From the NCBI RefSeq assembly GCF_001194135.2, contig NC_068987.1, positions 100,335,415-100,399,414 of the forward strand: a stretch of DNA of 64,000 nucleotides. The letters are read 5' to 3'. This document shows, piece after piece, positions 1 to 12,387 of the stretch (the first letter of the stretch is position 1; each line of letters opens with the position of its first letter). A model generated the notes under the pieces. That model was given only the letters and a program-made list of their open reading frames with translations. It was not told where the DNA came from and did not search any database. A program made the translations under genes and the position numbers. This DNA comes from Octopus bimaculoides. Lineage: Eukaryota.

Positions 1-1765
1 AGGTAAATAGATATAAGACAAATCGAGAGAAACAGGAAATAAATAGAAAATAATATAAACACGATGATTTATGTGAAATTGTTTAAATCTAACAAGAGTA
101 AATCAATGATTATTTGACTAGGTTACTTATGTGCACGCTCTATCTACGTGATATCATATTAAAAATTATTGTTTGGATAGTACCTTTCAAAATGCATTCG
201 CGCATTTCATTGCTAATTCGTTTCCGTGATTTAGAGATAAAGATATGAAAGTTTTCTTCGAAGCACAGATTACTCTGGTAGTTTCCAATAGTATGTGGTG
301 AAGCTCTGCTAGTAATTGCCCATTTTATATCATATTTATTGTTCCTAACTTTAAAGACTCGATGAATCTATTCAAAGTGGTCCACTTCATTTTACCTATA
401 TGTAAATGAAGTAAGGTGGTTACACAATCTCTGCTTGAAATTCGTAGAACCTGATGCTACGTAATTTCTGTAAATGCCATCAACAATTACTATGTATTTA
501 TAATCTGCTTTTGTAAGACATTCACCTCGAAGCGACATAATTAGATCCCACAGTTACAGTGATGCTTATTAATATTAATCCTATTGTTGCTACTGACAGA
601 GGTATTAGGCACTTCGTCTATATTTTTACTTATTACCCAATGGATATTATTAGTTTAGCTATATATTAAATTGAATGGATTATATTCTTCGCCTGGTTCC
701 CTTAATTGAAATGCGTGGTTTGCACCCAGTTGTCTCCTTTACACTATCATGTGAATATTATTTAAATTTATACTGCAGGGAGGCTTTAGCGGAGATGGAT
801 TTGGGATTGCTATTTTCTGATTCAGCCATTCTTATTGTACATAATTTAATATTGTTTATATATTTTATATCGGTTATCATTGTCTTACGTCTATATTTTC
901 TTCACACATTGTTTTTCCATGAAATGGTTCCTCTTAATCACAATATGCTGCTCGGGATGCATGATTATACCCATTCTATTTTTATTTTCTTTGTTATTCA
1001 TACAGACCATCCAACTTTTTCCCACAAAATGAAATTTGTGCTAATTTTCATAAGCTTTGGAATTTTGCTTTTAGCTGTAAGAATAATAAGAAAGTACGTA
1101 ATTCTGCTTATACGTTATGAATCGTATCAGCAGTGTATCTTTTTGTATGTATGCTTACGTATATAAGCATATACATATATACATTGATAGATAAATACAC
1201 ACACACACACACACACACACACATGGGGAAGCATACATATATATGTGTGTACATACAGAGAAAGATAGAGTGGGAGAGAGAGATAGATAGAGAGAGAGAG
1301 AAAATAAAAAGCAGCAAAACAAATTTCTCATATACTTTATAATTGAATAAAGATATAAAGCATCATATTTTATATAATTACGTAATTGAAATACATAATT
1401 AATTTAAAAGTGATGTTTTAGACATCTCTGCAAGAAAATAGTATGAAAAATTATAATCAAGAAACAGGTACAGATTGAATACAAATGAGACAGATAGAAA
1501 AATGTCAGGATTTAATGTATGGTATTAACGTATTGTAGTTTACATATGTGTTATCATTAAGACCGTGGTTACATTTTCCGTGGCTATAACGAAACCCATA
1601 CACACAAAGATATACGCATACATATTCGCAGACACACATGTATAATATACTCAGCAGATGAATTGGAAAGTGTAATCCAGGAGTTTACTTCATTGCAAGC
1701 TGATACAGATAGTGGTTATCTGAAAGGAATATCAAAGAATGAAGATATTTTCCTTCATCATACAA

Positions 1766-2085
1766 CTGACACTCCGTAAGTTTCGATGACAAGAATTCCA
1801 GTTGATCCTATAAGCGGAACTGCATGCTCGTGTAATTAATGTGCAAGTGGCTCAGTGCTCCACAGATACGCTTAGGCGTAATGTAGTACTCACGGAGATA
1901 AAGCGTGACACAAAATGCCACAAGTCTGGCCTTTTGAAATGCAGGTACTGCTAGGTTCTTTTGTAATTTGAGAGGACTGGAGCAACGTCAAATAAAGTGC
2001 ATTACTCAGGATCACAAAGCGCCACCGAGAATCGAACTTACGGCCATACGAACGAAAACTGAATCCCATAAACACTAACTCACCA
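1766..2085 (-). mobile_element. tRNA-derived SINE, family C, diverged copy
   Basis: The minus strand has a B-box GTTCGATTC (plus-strand gaatcgaac, 2029-2037). It is followed by a body (gcactttatttgacgttgctccag...gtacctgcatttcaaaagggccag...ggatcaactgga) that I recognise from octopus SINEs. Confidence 0.65.
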
Positions 2086-2099
2086 GTCTTTACTGTTTT

Positions 2100-3662
2100 A
2101 TATGTATGTCATTATTCAGTTTTATTTCGAGATTTCTTGCCAATAGAGAAAGAGTTGGTTTCTAACATATATCCAGGGCCCCTTTATTACAATTTCAACA
2201 TGAACAGGGTATTTTTGTTTGTTTCAATGTGTGTATGTATGTAAGTATATCTGTATGTATGCATGTATGTATGCCTGTATGTATGTATGCATGTATGTAT
2301 GTATGTATATATTTATGTATGTGCAGATTTGTATATTTTATAGATGTATTCTCATCCATATAGTTGCATATCTACACATGCTGATATATATTTAAATGAT
2401 AAACTTCTAGAACATTTTACAGTTCCAGTGATGGTTTGGATCAGTAGACTTCGAATTAGCTCTCTCCTTTCTGATTTGAGAAGCCTAATTTCTCAAGACT
2501 GGTATTTAGGCGGTGTGTTACATATCCCAGGGCCTCAATAATTACAGATATAAAGCTGAATTTGTAATCTTGATAAATTGCAGATTTTTCAATAGTTCAG
2601 CATAGGTGCTCTCTTTTTTACTGATCTTCAACTTTATGTTAACATCCGCTGGGCACCTACTTTCCACAACTCTGCACAGTTTCTCTTCTCTATCCCAAAT
2701 CATTTTATCATGTCTGCTGTGCTTACATTTTATTGAGGTCTTCACTGGTACATTCCACCACTATTCCTTTTTATTTTGAGTGTCTATGGCTTCTACCACA
2801 TTTTGGCTTCTTATTTCTTTGTCCTCGGGATTATCCTTCCGACGGGTTTCATTATAGAGTGTCCTAGTTACAGCGACACGTTTCATCGGTAGATAATACC
2901 GTAATGACATTTTCGGACAACTGCTTATGACGTGAGTGATATCTTCAGAGTGAACTTCACGAAGTCTGAATCGGTTGTCACATTTTACGGCTTTACCTGT
3001 ATGTGTATCTCTTTTATGTATCAGGTACTTGGTTGATATTTCCTGTTCCTGGATTACAAACGCATACCCTTCAAAGTGGGAGGTAGTAATCCGGCTATTG
3101 GTCCATAATAAACTGCTTTGATGATCGATGTTACTATCTTCACGGAGCTTTCTTGCAACATAACCTTGCGTAGTCTTCTGCTCATATAGGCTCGTCTTTT
3201 CATCTGATACGTCGTGTGACTTCTTTCGGCATGTATTCTAGTTTATCAGACAAAGAGTGTTGCTGAAAGAGCAGCCTTCCAAGTCTTATGATATAATCAG
3301 CCACATGTATGCAAATTTGGTCAAGATATGCACTTCGACAGTTAGTGGTTAAAAGATGTTGGCGATGGGAAATGATGTGACATTTAAAAACATTTTGGGT
3401 CTTCCTCCTTGTTTTCGTTTCAGGCAGAGGCGGTCTACATCACTGTTTATGGGGAAATTATGCGTACTTGTTGGTATTTTTCGAGTTTTCACATCAATTG
3501 CTCGGATCTCATCAAGCGTCCAATCAAGCAGCCCAAATGTTGGTATGAGTACTGGCATTGCAAACACACTGTAAGATATATTTTCATCCACCCCTAGATA
3601 CCTATAACATTCCTTGTCAGATAGAGGGGAAACAGTCAAATCATTAATGGATATGTTACTAG
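2100..3662 (-). mobile_element. 5'-truncated R4/Dong-like non-LTR retrotransposon (RT thumb, CCHC knuckle, REL endonuclease, 3' UTR), pseudogenised
   Basis: Minus-strand motifs occur in the canonical order: YRYLGVDENI; FAMPVLIPTFGLLDWT..EIRAIDVKTRK..SDVDRLCLKRKQGGR; FEGYAFVIQEQEI; EDITHVISSCPKM; WWNVPVKTSIKCKHSRHDKMIWDREEK..CPADVN..KESTYAELL. A 3' UTR containing (CATA)n follows. Stops, frameshifts and an internal deletion are present. Confidence 0.9.
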
Positions 3663-4040
3663 TCTGTATGTATGTATGCATATATACAGGCTTGTATGTT
3701 CTGTTTTACGTAAATATTCTCATGCACACATTTGCATATGTAGACATGCTTATATATACTTAAATGATTTAGGTCTGGGACGTTTTACAGATATTTACAG
3801 TTCCAATAATGAATTGGATCTGTAAACTTCGAATTGATTTTCGAATCCCTGGTGTTGAGAAGCCTAATATCTCAAGATTGGTATTTAGGCAGTGTGTTAC
3901 GAATCCGAGTGTCCCACTAATTACAGGTGTAAAGCTAAATTTGTAATCTGGATAGAGTAACTGCAAATTTCTCAATAGTTCAGCGTAGGTATTTTCTTTA
4001 TCGGTGATCTTTAACATGTTGATAACATCCGCTGGGCAAA
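3663..4040 (-). mobile_element. Second 5'-truncated copy of the same R4/Dong-like family (REL C-terminus plus proximal 3' UTR)
   Basis: ORF 3769-4017 (KENTYAELLRNLQLLYPDYKFSFTPVISGTLGFVTHCL..LQIQFIIGTVNICK) is clearly homologous at DNA level to 2390-2660. Confidence 0.9.
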
Positions 4041-4042
4041 TG

Positions 4043-4044
<2 letters not shown>

Positions 4045-4073
<29 letters not shown>

Positions 4074-4152
4074 TGTATGTATGTTCGTATGTATGTATGT
4101 ATGTATGTTAGTATGTATGTATGTATGCATACATGTATGTTTATGTATGTAT
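4045..4152. repeat. (TATG)n microsatellite
   Basis: Direct reading of the sequence. Confidence 0.95.
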
Positions 4153-4270
4153 ATTGTTTAACTATAAATTACTAGAATTCGCCAGAGACGGACACATCTA
4201 ACCAAAAACGATATGTTCAAATGTCATGTTTTTTTTTATTTCATTCACTCATTTTTTTATTACTTTACAG

Positions 4271-4314
4271 ATAAATGGCCCGCATCGAAAAGTTGATAAC
4301 CCAATCATATTTAG
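4271..4314 (+). other. Candidate 44-nt exon of an unidentified host gene
   Basis: A long T-rich tract ends in tactttacag (acceptor), followed by 44 nt and AG|gtatga (donor). It is open as INGPHRKVDNPIIF, or as MARIEKLITQSYL. No homology recognised. Confidence 0.25.
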
Positions 4315-6015
4315 GTATGACAAAGGATTTTTTGTTTTTGGTGGGATTCATATATGGAGAACTGCAATAAAAGAAGGGCTCTAAGGGAGAGAGATGAAAA
4401 GGAGAGAGTAACCATTAGTGAGTGGATTTATGATTATTGAAAATAGAGAGAATTTATTACATAACAGATTTGGTGAGAGGTTGCAAATTAAAACAGGGGT
4501 TTGGAAGCTATCACTTAAAAGTTGTAAACGGACAGAAACATGTAAGTTATTCTGTCTATCATAAAAAAATACTAGGGTTGTAATAAGGAAAGAAATTACA
4601 AAAATTAAAAAATAATTTAATCTTTTATTTGGATGATTCCACAATTAGAACATAATTAAAATCTATAAACTTAAAATTCGTTGTTTCTCTAAAGAATTTA
4701 GCTTTTTCCCGATACCTACAGATTTTCAAATAAACTCCCAATAATCTAGAATTATTGTAAAAGCTGGAAGAACAATGGGGCGTAAAACATTCTGGTGGGG
4801 AGGTAAATTATCGAAAAACAGCTGTAGATTTGTCATTAAATTTCAGTTGTTTCTTTCAGAAAGAGAAATGATATGACAAAGAAAAACAAAATAAATAAAT
4901 AAATAAAAGACAGTGTCTAAATAAAGAGCATCTATATTCCGGTATTTAAACATTAATTATTAACACAATCAAAGAAGATCTACATTTATGTAACAGAAAA
5001 GGAATTAGAAATGGAATATTTTACTAACACAAGTAAGACATTACTGAAATAGTGTATACACAAAAAGAGGACGGATGACGGAAGAAGCATATAAGAATGA
5101 TAATTTCACAGACGTTTCCACATTTGCACGATCTAATCTTTTCTGTAACAATATATATTTATATGAATACGTTAAAGGAGGGAGACAGGAGATAGAGTTA
5201 AAACAATCTGCAAGAAAATACTTGAATAGACCAGCAACTATTAAAAAATAACAAAGGACATAGAAAATTAGATATCATTTTGTTTATATATATATATATA
5301 TATATATATNNNNNNNNNNNNNNNNNNNNNNNNNNNNNNNNNNNNNNNNNNNNNNNNNNNNNNNNNNNNNNNNNNNNNNNNNNNNNNNNNNNNNNNNNNN
5401 NNNNNNNNNNNNNNNNNNNNNNNNNNNNNNNNNNNNNNNNNNNNNNNNNNNNNNNNNNNNNNNNNNNNNNNNNNNNNNNNNNNNNNNNNNNNNNNNNNNN
5501 NNNNNNNNNNNNNNNNNNNNNNNNNNNNNNNNNNNNNNNNNNNNNNNNNNNNNNNNNNNNNNNNNNNNNNNNNNNNNNNNNNNNNNNNNNNNNNNNNNNN
5601 NNNNNNNNNNNNNNNNNNNNNNNNNNNNNNNNNNNNNNNNNNNNNNNNNNNNNNNNNNNNNNNNNNNNNNNNNNNNNNNNNNNNNNNNNNNNNNNNNNNN
5701 NNNNNNNNNNNNNNNNNNNNNNNNNNNNNNNNNNNNNNNNNNNNNNNNNAATAATAGAATTAACAATTAACAATTTTGCCAAGTAGTTCAGTATGAAATA
5801 AACCTTTATCGGTAAGACCATTTATCATCATAAATAACTAAAGGCTTGTTTTGTTTGTGCTTTTCCCTCCGGTTTTTTGTTCTATGTGTGCCATAAATAT
5901 CGCCATCCATTTTAGAGAAAAATTTGTAGTTTAGAATCAGTAGTTCTTTGACTGCTGTTTCTGAATTTTCAGTATGTTGGAGAAGCAACTCAATTGCTAA
6001 TCCCTTATATTTATG

Positions 6016-6046
<31 letters not shown>

Positions 6047-6398
6047 TAGATATGTGTGTGTATGTGTGTGCGTGTGAGTGTGCTGTCTGATTATTTTTCA
6101 GGCAACATTATTTTAACAGTTTGCAGTTACGGCTTATGTTGAGTTGTCGTAGGGGAGAACATAAAAACAATCTTTAAAAAGACAGAATTTTTGCTGTCCA
6201 CATATCGAATTAGTGCAGTAATGTTAAGAGGTTTGAAAACAAAAGTTGTTGTCATCAATTTCAATAGATTTGTTTGTAATCCAATAGGAAAGCTTTAGAG
6301 AGATTTCAATAGCAGCTGTGAGGTTTCACACACAACTTACATGTGCATACATACCCATATTATAACACAGACATATACACGCACGCATTTCTACGTAT

Positions 6399-6429
<31 letters not shown>

Positions 6430-6962
6430 CATATNNNNNNNNNNNNNNNNNNNNNNNNNNNNNNNNNNNNNNNNNNNNNNNNNNNNNNNNNNNNNNNNNN
6501 NNNNNNNNNNNNNNNNNNNNNNNNNNNNNNNNNNNNNNNNNNNNNNNNNNNNNNNNNNNNNNNNNNNNNNNNNNNNNNNNNNNNNNNNNNNNNNNNNNNN
6601 NNNNNNNNNNNNNNNNNNNNNNNNNNNNNNNNNNNNNNNNNNNNNNNNNNNNNNNNNNNNNNNNNNNNNNNNNNNNNNNNNNNNNNNNNNNNNNNNNNNN
6701 NNNNNNNNNNNNNNNNNNNNNNNNNNNNNNNNNNNNNNNNNNNNNNNNNNNNNNNNNNNNNNNNNNNNNNNNNNNNNNNNNNNNNNNNNNNNNNNNNNNN
6801 NNNNNNNNNNNNNNNNNNNNNNNNNNNNNNNNNNNNNNNNNNNNNNNNNNNNNNNNNNNNNNNNNNNNNNNNNNNNNNNNNNNNNNNNNNNNNNNNNNNN
6901 NNNNNNNNNNNNNNNNNNNNNNNNNNNNNNNNNNNNNNNNNNNNNNNNNNNNNNNNNNNNNN

Positions 6963-6999
<37 letters not shown>

Positions 7000-7739
7000 T
7001 ATATGTATGTATATATGTATACACACACTGACACACATATATATATATATATATATATGAACATATATATAAATGCATACAGGCGTAGACATATACACAT
7101 CTATATAAAGAGATGGGGAGACAGAGGGAGAAGATGCCATGTGTGACTAATGAATGTAAGAGCAATGTGATTTGATTGTCACAATCGACTATTGGATTTT
7201 GTGTTAAAAACTTGTGACTTTTCCCATATATATCTGGTTGCATTTACTAGATTCAACCAATATAATGCGGTCATGCTGGAGTACGACCTGCAAGAAATCT
7301 GATTTCTTGTTCGTTTTTTTTTACATGTTTTTTTTTTTATTTTTTGCCTCTTTTAGTTTGCAAATCATTTAAAGCTACATTTTCAATTTAAATTCGTAAT
7401 TCAGCGCAATGATTTATATTCATAAAAACATAAAGACTGTCATGAATACAGTCACACAATCACATTCAATTACATGCACACACACGCGCACATACACACA
7501 CACACAGACACACATACAGACACACACACACACATACATGTCAATACGTAGAATTCACTTCTTTCGTTATCAACTGACATCATAAGTTTAAGTACTAAAC
7601 TGTCTTTTCTTCTTTAATATCTTTTTGTATACGTTCTGGAATTATGAATATAATTTCATTTCACTTTGAATTTTTACCCTCTTTCGGTTACCTTAATATC
7701 ATTGTGTTAGCATCAATTTACACAGATGGAGGAAGAAAT

Positions 7740-8250
7740 TTAAAGAGGGAATATCTGTCATTCATAAAAAAAATATCATACAATGCAAGAGCAAAGACTG
7801 GGACCACTTGCACGAAACGCCTGTGAATGGACGAATTCATTTACGTTGACAGATGAGCCGCATTCCGTGATATTATGGTACAACTGGAGTGTAACCACAA
7901 TACATTAAAGAAGATGTAGGATATTCTGTCTATATCAATGTATGTGCAAACAGAGAACAGCAGCAATTGATAACGTATTTGAATGTGGAAGAGTGGAATA
8001 TTTTGCTGTGATTTACTAGAAATCTTTGAAGTCATCAGATGAGTGGAGATGAAACGAGCACACATTTGTATAATCCGGAAGCGAAGGCTCACTCCATAGA
8101 CTAGCGTCACATTTCTTTTCGAATGTCTACGATGTTAAGAGGTAGCAGTCGATACAGAAAATCATGATGACTGTTTTGAAGCGATGAGAAAGCGATCCTT
8201 CTCCTTGATTTTGTGGAATATGGACGTAACATTAAAATACCATTAGAAAG
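7740..8250 (+). mobile_element. Decayed mariner transposase fragment
   Basis: Reads RNACEWTNSF..TDEPHS, then SGDETSTHLYNPEAKAHS (GDETW motif at 8045-8056), then KIMMTV and ILLLDFVEYGRNI, matching the mariner motif order. Multiple stops and frameshifts. Confidence 0.7.
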
Positions 8251-8814
8251 AAGAGACAGAAAAATAATCTGAAAACGATCTGCGAGGGGGTACTGTAAGG
8301 TTCTTCGCCTTAAGAGTAAAGCGAAAGATCGAGTTGTTTTACGGACTTAGAAAACTGAAGGATCACTGCAAATCAAGAATCTGAGAGGGGGATATATTGA
8401 ATAGAATCATAATTGACTGATCCTCCTGTATTCTCTTTTACTCAAAACGGGGAACTTTTCAGACAGCCCTCGTATATTCACCACGACAATGAATATACGG
8501 CAAATTTTGTTCCTTAGTATTTTCTCACCGCACTACATATCACGGATATGGCACTATGCAGGTTCTAACAAAATTTCACGTTTCGGGCAGTTGGGGTGGC
8601 GGGATATGTTGATAATACATGTGAAGTTAAAGTGATAGGGAAGAAATAGGTTCAAGAGTATGCCCCTGTACTATTTGCAGAAGTATTCAAGTGTTGTGTT
8701 CAATAATAACAAATCCATCTTTTGTGATGAGATTCTGTTCAGTATATCCTTTGTGTAGAAACATGTTCTTCGTGGTAAGGCGATTTGGCGTCTTCTTCTA
8801 GGGTGGCTATTCCT

Positions 8815-8845
<31 letters not shown>

Positions 8846-9429
8846 NNNNNNNNNNNNNNNNNNNNNNNNNNNNNNNNNNNNNNNNNNNNNNNNNNNNNNN
8901 NNNNNNNNNNNNNNNNNNNNNNNNNNNNNNNNNNNNNNNNNNNNNNNNNNNNNNNNNNNNNNNNNNNNNNNNNNNNNNNNNNNNNNNNNNNNNNNNNNNN
9001 NNNNNNNNNNNNNNNNNNNNNNNNNNNNNNNNNNNNNNNNNNNNNNNNNNNNNNNNNNNNNNNNNNNNNNNNNNNNNNNNNNNNNNNNNNNNNNNNNNNN
9101 NNNNNNNNNNNNNNNNNNNNNNNNNNNNNNNNNNNNNNNNNNNNNNNNNNNNNNNNNNNNNNNNNNNNNNNNNNNNNNNNNNNNNNNNNNNNNAAGTTTG
9201 TGAGGAGTTTTCACGACATTTATAAGGAAAGAGATATAGATAAAGCATGTACAATTTAAACAACGTATATCATTACACATTGCCGAAACCAAAGATAAGT
9301 TGCAGCCCATGTCAATAGAGCTACATGCCCATAGCTCAACAGTGGGCCTTTCATGAACCGCATGAAAACAAAATATATGTGGTCAAATGGAAGTGTTATT
9401 AAAATGCGGAAAAGAGGTAGGAAGCTAAG

Positions 9430-9930
9430 AGACATAAGAGGTAAATAAGTGCGTCTACTTAGGGCACACAGCGATAACGCGCCGAGATATGAAAGCTGAA
9501 ATATGGAAGAGAATAAGGAAAAGATCGGTGTTTACGTCAAAATGATGTGCTCAGTAAAAATCTGGACGTTAACATATGTGCAGGAATCTTCAAAAGCCCA
9601 TGTTGTTGTATTCTAGTGAGAAATGGGCTACTACAAAGAATGCAGAATTTCAATTGGCTACAACGCAAACTGCCATGCAAATAACCATACATAATATATT
9701 ATTATGAGAGCATCTCCGAAATGATGTAATTCGAAAAAAGGAGACGTACGAATGATGAAACTGGAGAATACCTAAAGCACAAGTTCACAGACAAGAGGTG
9801 GAGATGCACAACTGACGAGTGGTACCCTAGAGATCGCAAAAAGCTAATCAGAAGTACTTCGCAATAATGGGAAAGTGTTTGGAACGAGGTAGAAAATGGC
9901 GCAATCAAGAATGAATTAACACCGCATTGT
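9430..9930 (+). mobile_element. RTE-clade LINE remnant (RT thumb and C-terminus)
   Basis: CVYLGHT (YLG at 9456-9464), EIWKRI, PMLLYSSEKWATTKNAEFQLATTQTAM, HLRNDVIRKK and TDKRW..EWYPRDRKK follow the RTE C-terminal pattern. Confidence 0.85.
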
Positions 9931-11689
9931 GCCCAGCAGTGTATAACAATACCTAATAGACTGGATGATAAAGTGATATCAGTTAATTAAAAGGAAATAT
10001 TTCACATTTTATAATTAGTTTCGGCTCTAACTTTTCAATTCGACTCCTACATATTTTCTAGTGCTGATTCATGTACCATTGCAAATTTCAACAATTCGTT
10101 GTCATAGTGATCCAGAGTGATATAAATGATTGCACGCCAAAGTGATTTTAAGTGACGAAATACATTTACAAAGTCTCATTATAGAAATACCAACATGTCG
10201 GATTAAAAACAATTTGGATATAGTTTGTGCTGCATGCAAAGGCTTTTGATACGTAATGTCGTATAACCCTGAAAGATATTTTGTTACAGTTTGTAAGTAT
10301 CTGCGTATCTATCTTAAATTTCATAATTCCTCTGTTATTTAAGTTATTTAAGCTCTTCGGAAATAATTATCATTGCACATTACATATATGGTTATGTGTA
10401 TAATTGTGCGTGTGTGTTTGTGTGTGTGTGTGAGTGTGTGTTTGTGTGCGTATGTGTGTGTGTGTGTCCGTACGTATAAATCTTCATAAAGTGCAATGTC
10501 CCGAATAATAAATTCCGTCCACTTACATTTATTTGAATGGTGTTTCATTTACACACAAATTCTCATCAAACAACATGTACTAAATTGCCTTAAGATAAAA
10601 CGAAATGAAATATTGTCATCAATTTCCTAGTCATGATTAGGAGAATGCGAAACGGGTAGGCTACATAAATATAAAATTTTATAAAGTATATAATATACAT
10701 ATTATATATATATATATATATATNNNNNNNNNNNNNNNNNNNNNNNNNNNNNNNNNNNNNNNNNNNNNNNNNNNNNNNNNNNNNNNNNNNNNNNNNNNNN
10801 NNNNNNNNNNNNNNNNNNNNNNNNNNNNNNNNNNNNNNNNNNNNNNNNNNNNNNNNNNNNNNNNNNNNNNNNNNNNNNNNNNNNNNNNNNNNNNNNNNNN
10901 NNNNNNNNNNNNNNNNNNNNNNNNNNNNNNNNNNNNNNNNNNNNNNNNNNNNNNNNNNNNNNNNNNNNNNNNNNNNNNNNNNNNNNNNNNNNNNNNNNNN
11001 NNNNNNNNNNNNNNNNNNNNNNNNNNNNNNNNNNNNNNNNNNNNNNNNNNNNNNNNNNNNNNNNNNNNNNNNNNNNNNNNNNNNNNNNNNNNNNNNNNNN
11101 NNNNNNNNNNNNNNNNNNNNNNNNNNNNNNNNNNNNNNNNNNNNNNNNNNNNNNNNNNNNNNNNNNNNNNNNNNNNNNNNNNNNNNNNNNNNNNNNNNNN
11201 NNNNNNNNNNNNNNNNNNNNNNNNNNNNNNNNNNNNNNNNNNNNNNNNNNNNNNNNNNNNNNNNNNNNNNNNNNNNNNNNNNNNNNNNNNNNNNNNNNNN
11301 NNNNNNNNNNNNNNNNNNNNNNNNNNNNNNNNNNNTTTAACCCGACCATAACAGATGAGCATTATTTGTAATTCAACGGTACAACAGTGTAAGACTACCC
11401 TTTCAGATATACTTACATTGTGATTTCTGCAATGTGGTGCATAAATTGTCAAGTAAATGAGACTCATCTTTGTCTCCACTGATTCACTTGCAAAGTGTTG
11501 AGTAAAATTATTTCGTTGCAGACCTCCTTTCAGTCTTTTTATTATCACTGAGTCACACATAGTCCCCAATTGGTAACATTGATTTCAAGGCCCTCCTAGA
11601 TGAGAGACTGGCATTCCACTTAATGTCTATGTTCCATGCTGGCATGGATTGGAGAGTTATTAATGTAGAAATATGGTACATTTCTTGCT

Positions 11690-12387
11690 TTAACGTATTA
11701 GTCCCTCACAAACTCTCAGAAAAGAATTGCTTGGATCGGTATTCCGTTTGAGATATACTTTAGAAATGGAATGAAAGCCTGATTTTCTTAGCAACAACAT
11801 GTGAATGGAGATGAAACATGGATTATGTACGAAAATTAGTGCGTAAAAGATCCTGGAGTTTGCGTAAGGATCCCCCAAAACATCAACCAAAGAGGAATAT
11901 AGATGCCAAAAACGCTATGCTTTGTGTTTAGTAGGATTATAGAGGCATTATTCATTATGAGCTTCTTCCATAAAACCAGACCATTGATTCTGATATATAC
12001 AGTCGTCAGCTTGCTAATTTAAACCAAACAAATCAAAGAATTTTGAAAGTAGTGTTACGCCAAGACAATACGTGACCACATGTGTTTTTCGGTACCCAAA
12101 TATTGTTGCATGAACCATATCCACAATATTTTCCTGATACTGCGGCGTCCGACTAACATTTCCTTTTGTCTCTACAGAACTCTTTCCAAGGAAAATCAGT
12201 TAACGCTTTAGATGGAGTCAAAATGCATGTAGATAATATTTTTTTCTTCAGCACTACTTAAAACATATGCTCATGGAATAGCAAAGGTCATTAGTAAAAA
12301 ATGGACATTATTTCATTGAATAAAATTTATTGTAAGATCAATTATTTAATAATATCCCTTTTTGGATATTAAAAAAACGCTCATAAC
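11690..12387 (+). mobile_element. Decayed mariner element: catalytic domain to start of right TIR, running into a gap
   Basis: VPHKLSEKN; NGDETWIMYEN (11807-11821); AMLCV..DYRGIIHYELL; QDNT*PH (12061); YFPDTAASD*HF (about 12127, the degenerate YSPDLAPSDY motif); KNGHYFIE*. These are all the D,D34D landmarks. Confidence 0.9.

Noticed and set aside
675-1166. 163-aa hydrophobic ORF
   Set aside because: Its composition follows T-rich DNA, it runs into a microsatellite, and I recognise no domain.
1655-1775. Exon-like open stretch ADELESVIQEF..HTTDTP ending at CC|gtaagt
   Set aside because: The apparent donor lies within the 3' end of the minus-strand SINE, and the acceptor lacks a pyrimidine tract.
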